Below are positions 35,022 to 44,232 of a stretch of 64,000 nucleotides of DNA, piece after piece. The stretch comes from Myxococcota bacterium (GTDB lineage Bacteria; Myxococcota_A; UBA9160; UBA4427): positions 1,371 through 65,370 of the forward strand of contig JAYZFK010000097.1 of assembly GCA_036336835.1 (NCBI GenBank), written 5' to 3'. Position numbers and translations under genes: made by a program. Every line of letters starts with the position of its first letter. The first letter of the stretch is position 1. A model generated the notes under the pieces. That model saw nothing but the letters and a program-made list of their open reading frames with translations. It searched no databases and was not told where the DNA came from.

Positions 35022-36145
35022 CCGAGCTCTCCATTGAGTGGATTTGGCTCGCGCCACAGCCGACCATCCCAGGCCTCGACCACGAAGTCGTCTCCATCGC
35101 GGCCCGGGCCGTGCGCGTGCGTCAACGGGACCTTGCCGTACGGGGTATCGAGCACATACGCCGGAATCGCGAAGCCGCTGGTGCGTCCGCGCAGACTCCG
35201 GAACAACTCGATCCCGCGCTCGATCGGCACCCGGAAGTGCGCGGTTCCGGCGAGCAGCTGTGCCTGGTAGCAGTAGTACGGGCGCACGCGCATGCGCACG
35301 AGCCCCTCGCACAGCACCTTCATGACGGCCGGGTCGTCGTTGATGCCGCGCAGTAGCACGCTCTGGTTGCCCACCGGGATACCGGCGCGCGTCAGCCGAT
35401 CGCAGGCCTCGGCCGCTTCCGCCGTGAGCTCCTTCGGGTGGTTGAAGTGCGTGTTGACCCAGATCGGATGATGCCGTTCGAGCATGCCGCAAAGCTCGTC
35501 GGTCACCCGATAGGGCAGCGTCACCGGAAGTCGTGTGCCGAGCCGCACGAGCTCGACGTGTGGGATCGCGCGCAGCTCGCTGAGCAGCCAGTCGAGCCGC
35601 GCGTCCGAGAACACGAGGGGGTCGCCGCCCGTGAGCAACACGTCGCGGATCTCGCGGGTCTCTCGGATCCAGGCCAGCGCGGTCTCGAGCTCGCGCTTCT
35701 GCATGGTCCACGCCGCGTCGCCGACCATCCGCTTGCGCAGGCAGAAGCGGCAGTAGAGCGCGCACTCATTGTTGACGCAGAACGCGATCCGATCCGGGTA
35801 GACGCGAACCACGTTCTTGACTGGCGAGTGCTCGACCTCCGACAGCGGATCGACCAGGCCGGACGGATCGCCGAGCTCAGCGCTGCGCGGCACGACCTGC
35901 CGACGAATCGGGCAGTTCGGGTCGGCAGGATCCATCAGGCGCGCGTAGTACGGCGTGATCACGAAGCGGAATCGGGCAGCCAGCGCCTCGATCGCCCGAA
36001 CCTCGTCTGGATCGGGATCGACGTAGGCAGCCAGCTCCTCGGCCGTGCGAATGCGCTGCCGCATCTGCCAGGTCCAGTCGCGCCAGAGTTCGTCCGGGAC
36101 GCCGCTGGGCGGGGGCGTCGCCACGAACGCAGCCGCCCCGCTCAC
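35018..36145 (-). CDS. KamA family radical SAM protein (lysine 2,3-aminomutase-like)
   Basis: The radical-SAM cluster motif is CALYCRFCLRKR (CxxxCxxC). Other KamA-type elements are DVLLTGGDPL, VRPYYCYQ and the C-terminal GFAIPAYVLDTPYGKVPL. I set the start at GTG 36145, which overlaps the upstream TGA (GTGA), because the track start 36346 lies inside the upstream gene. 375 aa. Confidence 0.82.
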   Translation of the reverse strand: MSGAAAFVATPPPSGVPDELWRDWTWQMRQRIRTAEELAAYVDPDPDEVRAIEALAARFRFVITPYYARLMDPADPNCPIRRQVVPRSAELGDPSGLVDPLSEVEHSPVKNVVRVYPDRIAFCVNNECALYCRFCLRKRMVGDAAWTMQKRELETALAWIRETREIRDVLLTGGDPLVFSDARLDWLLSELRAIPHVELVRLGTRLPVTLPYRVTDELCGMLERHHPIWVNTHFNHPKELTAEAAEACDRLTRAGIPVGNQSVLLRGINDDPAVMKVLCEGLVRMRVRPYYCYQAQLLAGTAHFRVPIERGIELFRSLRGRTSGFAIPAYVLDTPYGKVPLTHAHGPGRDGDDFVVEAWDGRLWREPNPLNGELG

Positions 36146-37170
36146 GGGGACCCCGAGGGCAGGCCCAGTCGCGACAGCCCCTCGGCCAGCAGCTCGCCGA
36201 GCCACTGCGCATAGCTGCGCCCGGCGAGCTCGGCCAGGATTCCAAAGCTGCCATCGGGCGCGAAGGTGGGCAGCGTGTTCAGCTCGAGGAAGCGCGGAAA
36301 TCCCTTGCCATCGAGCTTGAAGTCGACCCGAGCAAAGTCTCGACATTCCAACGTTTCGTAGGCTCGCAGGGCCAATGCCTGGAGCCTCTCTTCGAGCTCG
36401 CCGTCGAGCGCGCCCGACAGCCGGTAGCGGTAGCCGGCAGCGGGGCCGGGCGGCCCGCCGGCGCGCTCCAGCGCGTGCAGCCCGATGGCGGTGTCGTACT
36501 CGAGCGCGCGCTGCAGGACGGGGAGAGTGCGCGGTGGATCGTTGCCCACCACGGTCACCGTGTACTCGGCACCTGGGGCGAAGGCCTCGACGAGCGCCGG
36601 CTGACGGTAGTCGCGCGCGATGCGCTCCACCTGGCAGACGAGCCCATCGCGGTCCTCGCAGCGCGAGCTCGCAGTGATGCCCTTCGACGTCCCCTCCCAG
36701 CGCGGCTTGACGAATAGGGGGAAAGGCGCCGGCAGCTCCACTCGGCGCACTTGCGCGCCAGCGACGACGGCGTACGGAAGCACCGGCACGCCGGCGCGCG
36801 ACACGCGATCGAGCGTCCAGGCCTTGTCCAGGCTGGTCGACAAGGTCAGCGCGTCCGACCCGAGCAACGGAACGCCCGCCATCTCGAGCAGGGCGGGCAC
36901 CCAGGCTTCGCGGTTGCGGGAGCCACGGCCCTCGGCGATCGAGAGGGCCGCGTCGAGCGCGGGGAGCTCGCCTCGGCCGATCGCCGCCACGAGGTGATGC
37001 GGCGCGCCCAGCCGCACGCTGCGGTGGCCGATCCCCGCCAGCGCCTCCTCGAGCGCCTCGACGGTCTCCAGCGGCTCATACTCCGCCGCGTAATCCACCG
37101 GATCGGCCTCCCGCCGCGCATACGTCTCAGGAGTCTCGAAGGCCAGACCGATAAGTAGCGAAGCAGGCAC
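36142..37170 (-). CDS. D-alanine--D-alanine ligase family ATP-grasp protein
   Basis: The track ORF 36142..37731 is over-extended. ATP-grasp elements are DKAWTLDRVSRAGVPVLPY, PLFVKPRWEGTSKGI, ALVEAFAPGAEYTVTVVG and CRDFARVDFKLDGKGFPRFLELNTLP. The start is tentatively GTG 37170 (V(M)PASLLIGLAFE), since there is no in-frame ATG nearby. Confidence 0.75.
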   Translation of the reverse strand: MPASLLIGLAFETPETYARREADPVDYAAEYEPLETVEALEEALAGIGHRSVRLGAPHHLVAAIGRGELPALDAALSIAEGRGSRNREAWVPALLEMAGVPLLGSDALTLSTSLDKAWTLDRVSRAGVPVLPYAVVAGAQVRRVELPAPFPLFVKPRWEGTSKGITASSRCEDRDGLVCQVERIARDYRQPALVEAFAPGAEYTVTVVGNDPPRTLPVLQRALEYDTAIGLHALERAGGPPGPAAGYRYRLSGALDGELEERLQALALRAYETLECRDFARVDFKLDGKGFPRFLELNTLPTFAPDGSFGILAELAGRSYAQWLGELLAEGLSRLGLPSGSP

Positions 37171-37276
37171 AGGGCGAGCATAGCCGCCGCTCCCGGCCGC
37201 TCGATGCCGGGTAGGGTTGACTTCCCACCCACTCAGGACAGGATAGGGACCGAAGGGTCCGGAGGACGAACGACAC

Positions 37277-37753
37277 TTGGGACGCAGAGCGAAGACACGA
37301 CTGGCCTGGCTGCTGGCGGCCATCTGGGGATCCTTCATCTGGGGGCTCGGCAGCGACGGATTCTCGATGACCTCGACCTCGCGCTTTCTGGGCCCGCTCG
37401 TCAACTGGGTGTTCGCAGACTGGGCCCTGGAGCAGCAGCAGGATCTTCTGACTGTGATCCGCAAGCTTGCGCACGTGGCCGAGTACGCGATGTTCGCGCT
37501 GCTGGTCGGGCGCGCGATCACGCTCGCCTTCGAGATCCGCATGCGCTTCGTCATCGCGGGCACCCTGGTGGCCGCGTTGGCGCTCGCCGCCGGCGATGAG
37601 TTCCGGCAGGCCCTGTCGATGCAACGCTCCGGGACACCGATCGACGTCGCCCTGGATGTATCGGGTGCCCTCGTCGCGCTGGCGGGCCTGTTCGCGCTGC
37701 GGCGCTGGATCGGCCGCCCGATGTTCGGCATCTCGGCCAGCTCGCGAGCCTAG
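37277..37753 (+). CDS. VanZ family protein
   Basis: 158 aa with 4 predicted TM segments. Motifs are RKLAHVAEYAMFALL and GDEFRQALSMQRSGTPIDVALDVSGAL, matching the VanZ-like pattern D/K..H...Y ... DE..Q...R....D...D..G. Confidence 0.75.
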   Translation: MGRRAKTRLAWLLAAIWGSFIWGLGSDGFSMTSTSRFLGPLVNWVFADWALEQQQDLLTVIRKLAHVAEYAMFALLVGRAITLAFEIRMRFVIAGTLVAALALAAGDEFRQALSMQRSGTPIDVALDVSGALVALAGLFALRRWIGRPMFGISASSRA

Positions 37754-37932
37754 CCCGCACCGCTCACGAAGGGGAGAGCACGGGCCGGCCGTCCCGACCT
37801 GCGCGATCGCCTGCCGAGTCGCCAGGACGCCGCTGCGGTCGCACGGGTACCGCTCCGCTGCCACTTGCCTCGGCTGGACCGCCTGCCGGAGTGTCTCCCC
37901 GGTGAGTCGATCCGATATGCTCGACCGCCGAG

Positions 37933-39642
37933 GTGCCGCGACGGCGCCCTGGAGGGCCGCGCTTGAACGCCGCTCTGCTCGCCGCGCTCGTATTCGCAAG
38001 CTTCGCCGTCGGCTATCGCTACTACTCGAAGTTCCTCGCCGAGCGGGTGTTCGCGCTGCGCGCGGACGAGCCGGTTCCCTCGATCGAGCGCCGAGACGAC
38101 GTCGATTTCATCCCGACGCCCAAGAGCATCCTCTGGGGTCACCACTACACTTCGATCGCCGGCGCAGCTCCGATCGTGGGGCCCGCGATCGCCGTGATCT
38201 GGGGCTGGCTGCCCGCGCTGCTGTGGGTGACGCTGGGCACGATCTTCATGGGCGCGGTTCACGACTTCGCAGCCCTCGTGATCAGCCTGCGCCACCGGGG
38301 CAGCTCGATCGGAGAGGTCGCCGCAAGCGTCGTGAGTCCGCGCGTGCGGACGCTGTTCCTGGTCGTCGTCTCCTTCCTGATCTGGATCGTGCTGGCGGTC
38401 TTCGCCTTCATCATCGGCACGCTGTTCCACGACAACCCTGGAGCGATCTTCCCGATCAACGTCCAGATCGTGCTGGCGATAGGACTCGGCTGGCTGGTCT
38501 ACCGACGCAAGGTTCCGATCCTAGTCCCGTCGCTCGTCGCGTACGCCGCGCTGCTCTCGACGATCTTCTACGGCGACGCGTTCGCCGCCGCCTTCCCCGC
38601 AATCGCCGGCATGTCGGTCCACACCTGGGTCTGGATCCTGCTGGTCTACTCGTTCGTGGCTTCGGTGCTGCCCGTCTGGCTACTGCTCCAGCCGCGTGAC
38701 TACCTGAACTCCCACCAGCTGATTACCGGCATTGGGCTGCTCACGGCGGGCCTGCTCGTACTGCAGCCCACCATCGTCGCGCCAGTGATCAACGCGGCAC
38801 CCGCCGACGCCCCGCCGATGATCCCGTTCCTGTTCATCACCATCGCCTGCGGCGCCATCTCGGGCTTCCACGGCCTCGTCTCTTCGGGCACCACCTCGAA
38901 GCAGATCGCGTGCATGACCGACGCGCGCCCAATCGGCTATGCGGGCATGCTCGGCGAGGGCACGCTGGGCCTGCTGGCCGTACTCGCCGCGACCGCCGGC
39001 TTCAGTGCAGCCGCCGACTGGCACACTCACTACGCGAGCTGGGGCGCGGCCAACGGCCTCTCGGCCAAGCTCGACGCCTTCGTCTCCGGCGGTGCGACGT
39101 TCGTCGCGTCACTGGGGATCCCCTTCGAGAAGGCCAGGACCTTCATGGCCGTCATGGTGATTGCGTTTGCCGCCACGTCGCTGGACACGGGAGCGCGTAT
39201 CCAGCGGCTGGTGATCGCCGAGCTCGCCGAAGCCTACGGCGTCCGCCCGCTGACCAACCGCTATTTCGCCGGGGCGCTCGGGATCGGCGCGGCGCTGCTC
39301 CTCGCGCTCACCCAGGGCGGCGGCAACGGCGGCCTCGCGCTGTGGCCGTTGTTCGGCACCACCAATCAGCTCGTCGCCGGCGTGACCCTGCTGATCGTCT
39401 CGGTCTGGCTGAAGCGCCAGGGCCGACCGGCCCGCTACACGCTTCTGCCCATGATCTTCGTCGCCGCCGCGACCGTCTGGGCGATGACGGGCAACGTGCT
39501 CGGCTACTTCGCGAACTTCGGCGAGCAGTGGCTGCTGGCGATCTCGGGAACGATCGTGCTCGCGCTCGACCTCTGGCTGATCCTGGAGGGCACCCGCGAG
39601 CTGGTCGATGCGCGCCCCGAGAGCCCCGCCACGGGAGGCTGA
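37933..39642 (+). CDS. cstA: Carbon starvation protein A (CstA family peptide/pyruvate transporter)
   Basis: 569 aa, polytopic. WGHHYTSIAGAAPIVGPAIAVIWGWLPALLWVTLGTIFMGAVHDF is the conserved CstA N-terminal block. An alternative TTG start lies at 37963. Confidence 0.9.
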   Translation: MPRRRPGGPRLNAALLAALVFASFAVGYRYYSKFLAERVFALRADEPVPSIERRDDVDFIPTPKSILWGHHYTSIAGAAPIVGPAIAVIWGWLPALLWVTLGTIFMGAVHDFAALVISLRHRGSSIGEVAASVVSPRVRTLFLVVVSFLIWIVLAVFAFIIGTLFHDNPGAIFPINVQIVLAIGLGWLVYRRKVPILVPSLVAYAALLSTIFYGDAFAAAFPAIAGMSVHTWVWILLVYSFVASVLPVWLLLQPRDYLNSHQLITGIGLLTAGLLVLQPTIVAPVINAAPADAPPMIPFLFITIACGAISGFHGLVSSGTTSKQIACMTDARPIGYAGMLGEGTLGLLAVLAATAGFSAAADWHTHYASWGAANGLSAKLDAFVSGGATFVASLGIPFEKARTFMAVMVIAFAATSLDTGARIQRLVIAELAEAYGVRPLTNRYFAGALGIGAALLLALTQGGGNGGLALWPLFGTTNQLVAGVTLLIVSVWLKRQGRPARYTLLPMIFVAAATVWAMTGNVLGYFANFGEQWLLAISGTIVLALDLWLILEGTRELVDARPESPATGG

Positions 39643-39645
39643 GCG

Positions 39646-40509
39646 ATGGACGTCCGCGACCTGACGGGACGCTGTGCCCTGGTGACAGGTGCCGGCTCGG
39701 GCATCGGCCGGGCCAGCGCCCTCGCCTTCGCGCAACGCGGCGCGAGCCTGGCCGTGTGCGACATAGACGAGGTGGGCCTCGGCGAAACCGCCGCGCAGCT
39801 GCGCCGCCTGGGGCGAGAGGTGATCGCCGAGCGTGTCGACGTCGCCGACGCTGGGGCCGTGGAGCGCTTTGCGGCTGTCGTCCACGCGCGGGTGCCGGCT
39901 GTCGATCTGCTGATGAACAACGCGGGCGTGGCAATCGGTGCAGCCTTCCTCGACACGCCGCTCGACGCATGGCGCTGGATCGTCGACATCAACCTGATGG
40001 GGGTCGTGCACTGCTGTCGCAGCTTCGTACCGAAGATGGTCGAGCGCGGCAGAGGCGGTCACGTGGTGAACGTCGCCTCGGCCGCGGGCTACGCGGCGTC
40101 CCAGCTGCTCTGCGCATACTCTACGACCAAGTTTGCCGTGGTGGGTTTGTCCGAGGCGCTGCGCGAGGAGCTCGCCGGGCACGGGATCGGCGTGACGGCT
40201 GTGTGCCCGGGACTGATCGACACACCGATCACGCGCGCCGCACGCATGTTCGGCCTGGTCGACAGCGAGGCCATGCGCGAACGGATCGTGGAGGGCTACC
40301 GCCGTCGCGGCTACGGGCCGGAGCGAGTGGCGGCGAGTCTGCTGCGCGCCGTTCAACGCGATCGCAGCGTGGCGCCAATCGCGCCCGAAGCCTGGGCGCT
40401 CTACTGGCTCAAGCGCTACACGCCTCGCCTGCTGGCCTGGCTGTCCGCCAGGAGCTCCGACCGCGCGCTCGCCCCGCTGCGCGCTGCACGAGATGCCGGC
40501 GATCCGTAG
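39646..40509 (+). CDS. SDR family oxidoreductase
   Basis: 287 aa. Motifs are ALVTGAGSGIGRA, NNAGV and YSTTKFAVVGLSEAL (YxxxK). The start lies 4 nt after the cstA stop. Confidence 0.88.
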   Translation: MDVRDLTGRCALVTGAGSGIGRASALAFAQRGASLAVCDIDEVGLGETAAQLRRLGREVIAERVDVADAGAVERFAAVVHARVPAVDLLMNNAGVAIGAAFLDTPLDAWRWIVDINLMGVVHCCRSFVPKMVERGRGGHVVNVASAAGYAASQLLCAYSTTKFAVVGLSEALREELAGHGIGVTAVCPGLIDTPITRAARMFGLVDSEAMRERIVEGYRRRGYGPERVAASLLRAVQRDRSVAPIAPEAWALYWLKRYTPRLLAWLSARSSDRALAPLRAARDAGDP

Positions 40510-40512
40510 GCG

Positions 40513-41085
40513 TCACGGCGCGCCGCCCAGGACCCGCTCGACCCGCGCGAGCAGTACGTCTGCCCGCGCTCGATGCACCGAGGTATTCGGCGCGTCGGCC
40601 TCCGGAAAGCAGGCGTGGACGAAGCCTCCGTGGGTCACGACCGCGACGCGCTCGCCCGGACGGCGCCTGCACAATCCCTCGAGCGCCCGGCACACCCGCT
40701 GCCAGAGCTGGCGCCGGCTCTCCCCGCCGGGCGCGACGGCGTCGGGCGAACCCGACAGGAACAGCGAGAACGCCTGCTCGCCGCGCGCGCCGATCTGCTC
40801 GCGAGTCAGCCCGGACCACTCCCCCGAGTCGAGCTCGCGGTACAGCGGATCGGTGCGCAACGCGAGACCGCGGTCGGCCGCGAGGGGCTCCGCGGTCTGG
40901 CGAGCGCGCCGCAGGTCGCTGGACTCGATCCGATCGATCTGCTCGCCCGCGAGCGAGCGCACCAGGGCCAGCGCCTGGGCGCGGCCTGCAGGGCTGAGCG
41001 GCGGGTCGGCGTGCCCCTGCCAGAGTCCGCGCGCGTTCCACTCACTCTCCCCGTGACGGATCACGAGCAGCTCAGGAGGCTCCAC
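40513..41085 (-). CDS. Histidine phosphatase family protein (phosphoglycerate mutase-like)
   Basis: The track ORF 40513..41556 is over-extended. [34 protein letters not shown] is the RHGE catalytic motif close to the N-terminus. The tentative start is GTG 41085. VVTHGG is also present. Confidence 0.8.
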   Translation of the reverse strand: MEPPELLVIRHGESEWNARGLWQGHADPPLSPAGRAQALALVRSLAGEQIDRIESSDLRRARQTAEPLAADRGLALRTDPLYRELDSGEWSGLTREQIGARGEQAFSLFLSGSPDAVAPGGESRRQLWQRVCRALEGLCRRRPGERVAVVTHGGFVHACFPEADAPNTSVHRARADVLLARVERVLGGAP

Positions 41086-41140
41086 AGCGGTCGCGAGACT
41101 AGCAGGCTGTGGAAACAGCCATACCCGCCCGCGCCGGTGG

Positions 41141-41168
41141 TTGACCGATCCGCTGGTGGGTCGATACT
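41141..41168 (+). promoter_or_regulatory. Candidate sigma70-type promoter for copA (TTGACC-16 nt-GATACT)
   Basis: TTGACC lies at 41141-41146 and GATACT at 41163-41168. They are followed by AGGTGA and the ATG at 41204. This rests on a sequence match only. Confidence 0.3.
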
Positions 41169-41203
41169 CGCAGTCGGGTGCGCTCGATGGCACAGGTGAA
41201 CGA

Positions 41204-43387
41204 ATGAGCAAGGCGGCAATCGCCGAGCGCGGAACGCGCCTGCGTTTCCGGGTCGAGGGAATGCACTGCGCTTCGTGCGTGTCGCGCGTCGACCAGTCTC
41301 TACGGTCGCACCCCTCGGTGGGCGCCGTCGCAGTCAATCTCGCGCGCGAGGAGGCGCGAGTCGTCGCTGGCGATGGAGCGCTCGATCCCGATGAGCTGGT
41401 TGCGCGACTGGAGCGAGAAGGCTTCACACTCCGGCTGATCGAGGACGGCGTTGCCGGCGCCGACCCCGCGGCACAGCACGCGGCAGCCGCGCGTCGTCTC
41501 GCTCGACGCACCGTCTGGTCGGCCGCGCTGACCGCACCGGTCGTGGTTCTCGCCATGGGTGGCTTCGAGGCCGCATGGAGTCGCCTGTTGCAGGCCCTGT
41601 TGACGGCGCCGGTGGTCTTGGTGCTCGGCGCGCCGTTTCATCGCGGGGCCTGGACGCGCCTGAAACACGGCGATGCCGACATGGACACGCTGGTGTCTCT
41701 CGGGACGCTGGCGGCGTTGGCGGCCTCGCTGGCGGCGCTCGCCACCACGGGTGCGATCTACTTCGAGACCGCCGCCGTCATCGTGACCCTGATCCTGCTC
41801 GGTCGCAGCTTCGAGGCGCGCGCCAAGAGCCAGGCGACCTCTGCCATCGGTCGTTTCGCAGCGCTGCACGTCAGTGACGCGGTCCTGCTCAGCGACGGCG
41901 CCGCGCGCGGCGTGCCGGTCGAGGCGCTCGAGGTCGGCAACTGGATCGCGGTCGCCGCCGGAGCGCGCGTCCCGGTGGATGCCCGCGTCGTCGAAGGCCA
42001 GTCGTCGATCGACGAAAGCATGCTGACCGGCGAAGCCGTCCCGGTGGCCAAGACTGTGGGCGACGTATTGCACGCCGGGACCGTCAACGGCACCGGCCGG
42101 CTGGTCGCAGAGGTCGTGGGCATCGGCGCGGATACGGTACTCGCACAGATCGAACGCGCCGTTGATGAGGCCCAGAGTGCCCGCGCTCCGATCGAGGCCC
42201 TGGTCGACCGCATCGCCGCGCGCTTCGTCCCAGCCGTCCTGGGTACCGCGGTCCTGACCTTCAGCGTCTGGCTGCTGGCCGGCAGCGAGACGGCGTACGC
42301 ACTGCGCAACGCCATCGCGGTACTGATCGTGGCGTGCCCCTGCGCGCTCGGCCTCGCGACGCCCACTGCGGTGATGGTTGGCTGCGGCCGAGGGGCCCAG
42401 CGCGGGCTGCTGTTCAAGGGGGCCGAGGTCTTCGAGCGCGCGCGCTCGGTCGACACCGTGGTATTCGACAAGACCGGCACGCTAACCACCGGACGCCTGC
42501 GGGTCTCGGGCGTCGCGGCAGGTCCGGAAGGTCGCGACGAGGTGCTGCGCCGCGCCGCCGCGGTCGAAGCTGGCGCGGGACACCCAATCGGCCGAGCGAT
42601 TACCGCCGCGGCACGCGAGGCGGGCCTCGAGATCCCCGCGGCCGAGGACGTCCAGGTCGAACCCGGCCACGGTGCCAGCGGCCGGGTGGCGGGAACGCGG
42701 ATCGCGGTCGGACGCGAGGACTGGCTCACCCGCTCGGGTCATCGGGCGGTGCCAGCGATCTCGGCGGCCCGCGAGGAACTCGAAGCGGCGGGCGCGACCG
42801 CCTTCGCCGTCGGCTGGGACGCGGCGGTCCGCGGCGCGATCGCGGTCGAGGACACCCTGCACGACGGGGCGCCGGAGGCGGTCGCCATGCTGCGCGCGCA
42901 CGGCTGCGAGCTGGCGTTGGTCACCGGCGACGCCGAGGCCCCCACCCGCCGCGTGGCCCAGGCGCTCGGAATCGAGCGCGTGCACACGCGTCGCACGCCG
43001 ACCGAGAAGGCCGAGGACGTCGAGGCGCTGCAAGACGACGCCCGCTGCGTCGCCTTTGCGGGCGACGGGATCAATGACGCCGTCGCCCTGGCAGCCGCCG
43101 ACCTCGGCATCGCGGTACGCGCCGGCGACGGGGCCAGCGAGATCGCGAGCGCATCCGCCGACGTGGTGCTGCTCTCGGGAGATCCGCGCGGCGTCGCGGT
43201 CGCGCTCGCGCTCGCCCGCCGAACCTATCGCGTGATTGGCCAGAACCTGTTCTGGGCCTTCGCGTACAACGTGGCTGCGATTCCCGCGGCGGCGCTCGGC
43301 TACCTCGATCCGATGCTGGCCGCCGGCGCCATGGCGCTGTCGAGCATCTCGGTCGTGACCAACAGTCTGCGACTGCGACGCGCCTGA
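41204..43387 (+). CDS. copA: Heavy-metal (Cu+-type) translocating P1B-type ATPase
   Basis: ATG 41204 is preceded by AGGTGA. The track TTG 41141 coincides with the putative -35 element. The HMA domain is [11 protein letters not shown]. The TM CPC motif is [10 protein letters not shown]. Phosphorylation site is DKTGTLT, with [13 protein letters not shown] also present. Confidence 0.93.
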   Translation: MSKAAIAERGTRLRFRVEGMHCASCVSRVDQSLRSHPSVGAVAVNLAREEARVVAGDGALDPDELVARLEREGFTLRLIEDGVAGADPAAQHAAAARRLARRTVWSAALTAPVVVLAMGGFEAAWSRLLQALLTAPVVLVLGAPFHRGAWTRLKHGDADMDTLVSLGTLAALAASLAALATTGAIYFETAAVIVTLILLGRSFEARAKSQATSAIGRFAALHVSDAVLLSDGAARGVPVEALEVGNWIAVAAGARVPVDARVVEGQSSIDESMLTGEAVPVAKTVGDVLHAGTVNGTGRLVAEVVGIGADTVLAQIERAVDEAQSARAPIEALVDRIAARFVPAVLGTAVLTFSVWLLAGSETAYALRNAIAVLIVACPCALGLATPTAVMVGCGRGAQRGLLFKGAEVFERARSVDTVVFDKTGTLTTGRLRVSGVAAGPEGRDEVLRRAAAVEAGAGHPIGRAITAAAREAGLEIPAAEDVQVEPGHGASGRVAGTRIAVGREDWLTRSGHRAVPAISAAREELEAAGATAFAVGWDAAVRGAIAVEDTLHDGAPEAVAMLRAHGCELALVTGDAEAPTRRVAQALGIERVHTRRTPTEKAEDVEALQDDARCVAFAGDGINDAVALAAADLGIAVRAGDGASEIASASADVVLLSGDPRGVAVALALARRTYRVIGQNLFWAFAYNVAAIPAAALGYLDPMLAAGAMALSSISVVTNSLRLRRA

Positions 43388-43444
43388 GGGCCGGCCACGG
43401 TCGGTGGACCGCGGTGGATCCGACGGCGGGCGGGGACGCGGGGA

Positions 43445-43768
43445 CTACCGAGAGCGTCGGCCGACGCGAGCTGCCTCGGCGAGCCGCTCCTCGACGTGTG
43501 CCGACGCGAGGCCGACGATCCGGAACCACTTGTCGCGACTGCTGTGGCCGCGCTCGATCCGGACCGCGCCCCGGGCAAGTCCGAGCGCCTCGGCCAACAC
43601 CCTCTCGAGCTCGTCGTTGGCGCGACCCCGGTCGGGGGCACTGCGCACCCGCACCTTCCAGGCATCGCCGTAGCGACCGAGGACGCCCGCCTGCCGCGCG
43701 CCGGGAGCGGCGCGCACGCGCACCCGCGCTTCGAGATCGCCCGATGCGCTGGAGCGCCTCTCGGTCAT
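43445..43768 (-). CDS. DUF167 (YggU-like) family protein
   Basis: 107 aa from ATG 43768. VRVRAAPGARQAGVLGRYGDAWKVRVRSAPDRGRANDELERVLAEALGL matches the DUF167 pattern (v.PgA....i.g......lkv.v.apP..GkAN..l...La). The track ORF 43445..44092 is over-extended. Confidence 0.75.
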   Translation of the reverse strand: MTERRSSASGDLEARVRVRAAPGARQAGVLGRYGDAWKVRVRSAPDRGRANDELERVLAEALGLARGAVRIERGHSSRDKWFRIVGLASAHVEERLAEAARVGRRSR

Positions 43769-43770
43769 CT

Positions 43771-44001
43771 CTACCTCTCGCCTTCGCTGTCTAGCTTCGC
43801 AGCGACGCTCGACAGGGTCGAGACGCAGTACGGGACCAGCACAGTGAGCCCCATCTTGAGCCAGCGTCGGCAATCGACATCCCCCGCGAGCAGCGCGTCG
43901 CCGTGGTTGATCGCAATCAGGACACTGCCCACCACAAAGGCGAAGCCGAGCGCGCGGCGCACGATGCGCGGCTCGAGTGCAAGCTGCAGGGCGCGGTGCA
44001 T
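43771..44001 (-). CDS. NrtS family small membrane protein (putative nitrate/nitrite transporter)
   Basis: 76 aa from ATG 44001. ALGFAFVVGSVLIAINHGDALLAG ... MGLTVLVPYCVSTLS matches the NrtS-type pattern (INHGD ... VPY.VST). Confidence 0.6.
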   Translation of the reverse strand: MHRALQLALEPRIVRRALGFAFVVGSVLIAINHGDALLAGDVDCRRWLKMGLTVLVPYCVSTLSSVAAKLDSEGER

Positions 44002-44232
44002 CAGCGGGTGCCACGGCGCATCGACGGCGCAGGTGCCCGCCGGGACATCGGGCAGAGACGGTCCCACGGCCTGCGGAAGGACTCGAGATCACCGCGCGGG
44101 GCGGCGGCCATCCAGCTGCTCCAACCTCCAGCCACTGCGATCGCCCGTTCTCTGGCTGTCATACGTCCTGGGTCGGAGCCGGGCTACGGCGCCCGGCCAC
44201 GATCGTACCGCAGCGGGCTACGCTCCCCGGCG

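Noticed and set aside
41141-41203. The TTG 41141 start for copA given by the ORF track.
   Set aside because: The 21 extra residues ([21 protein letters not shown]) precede a good AGGTGA-ATG start at 41204. The TTG coincides with a TTGACC -35-like hexamer. The HMA domain begins right after the ATG.
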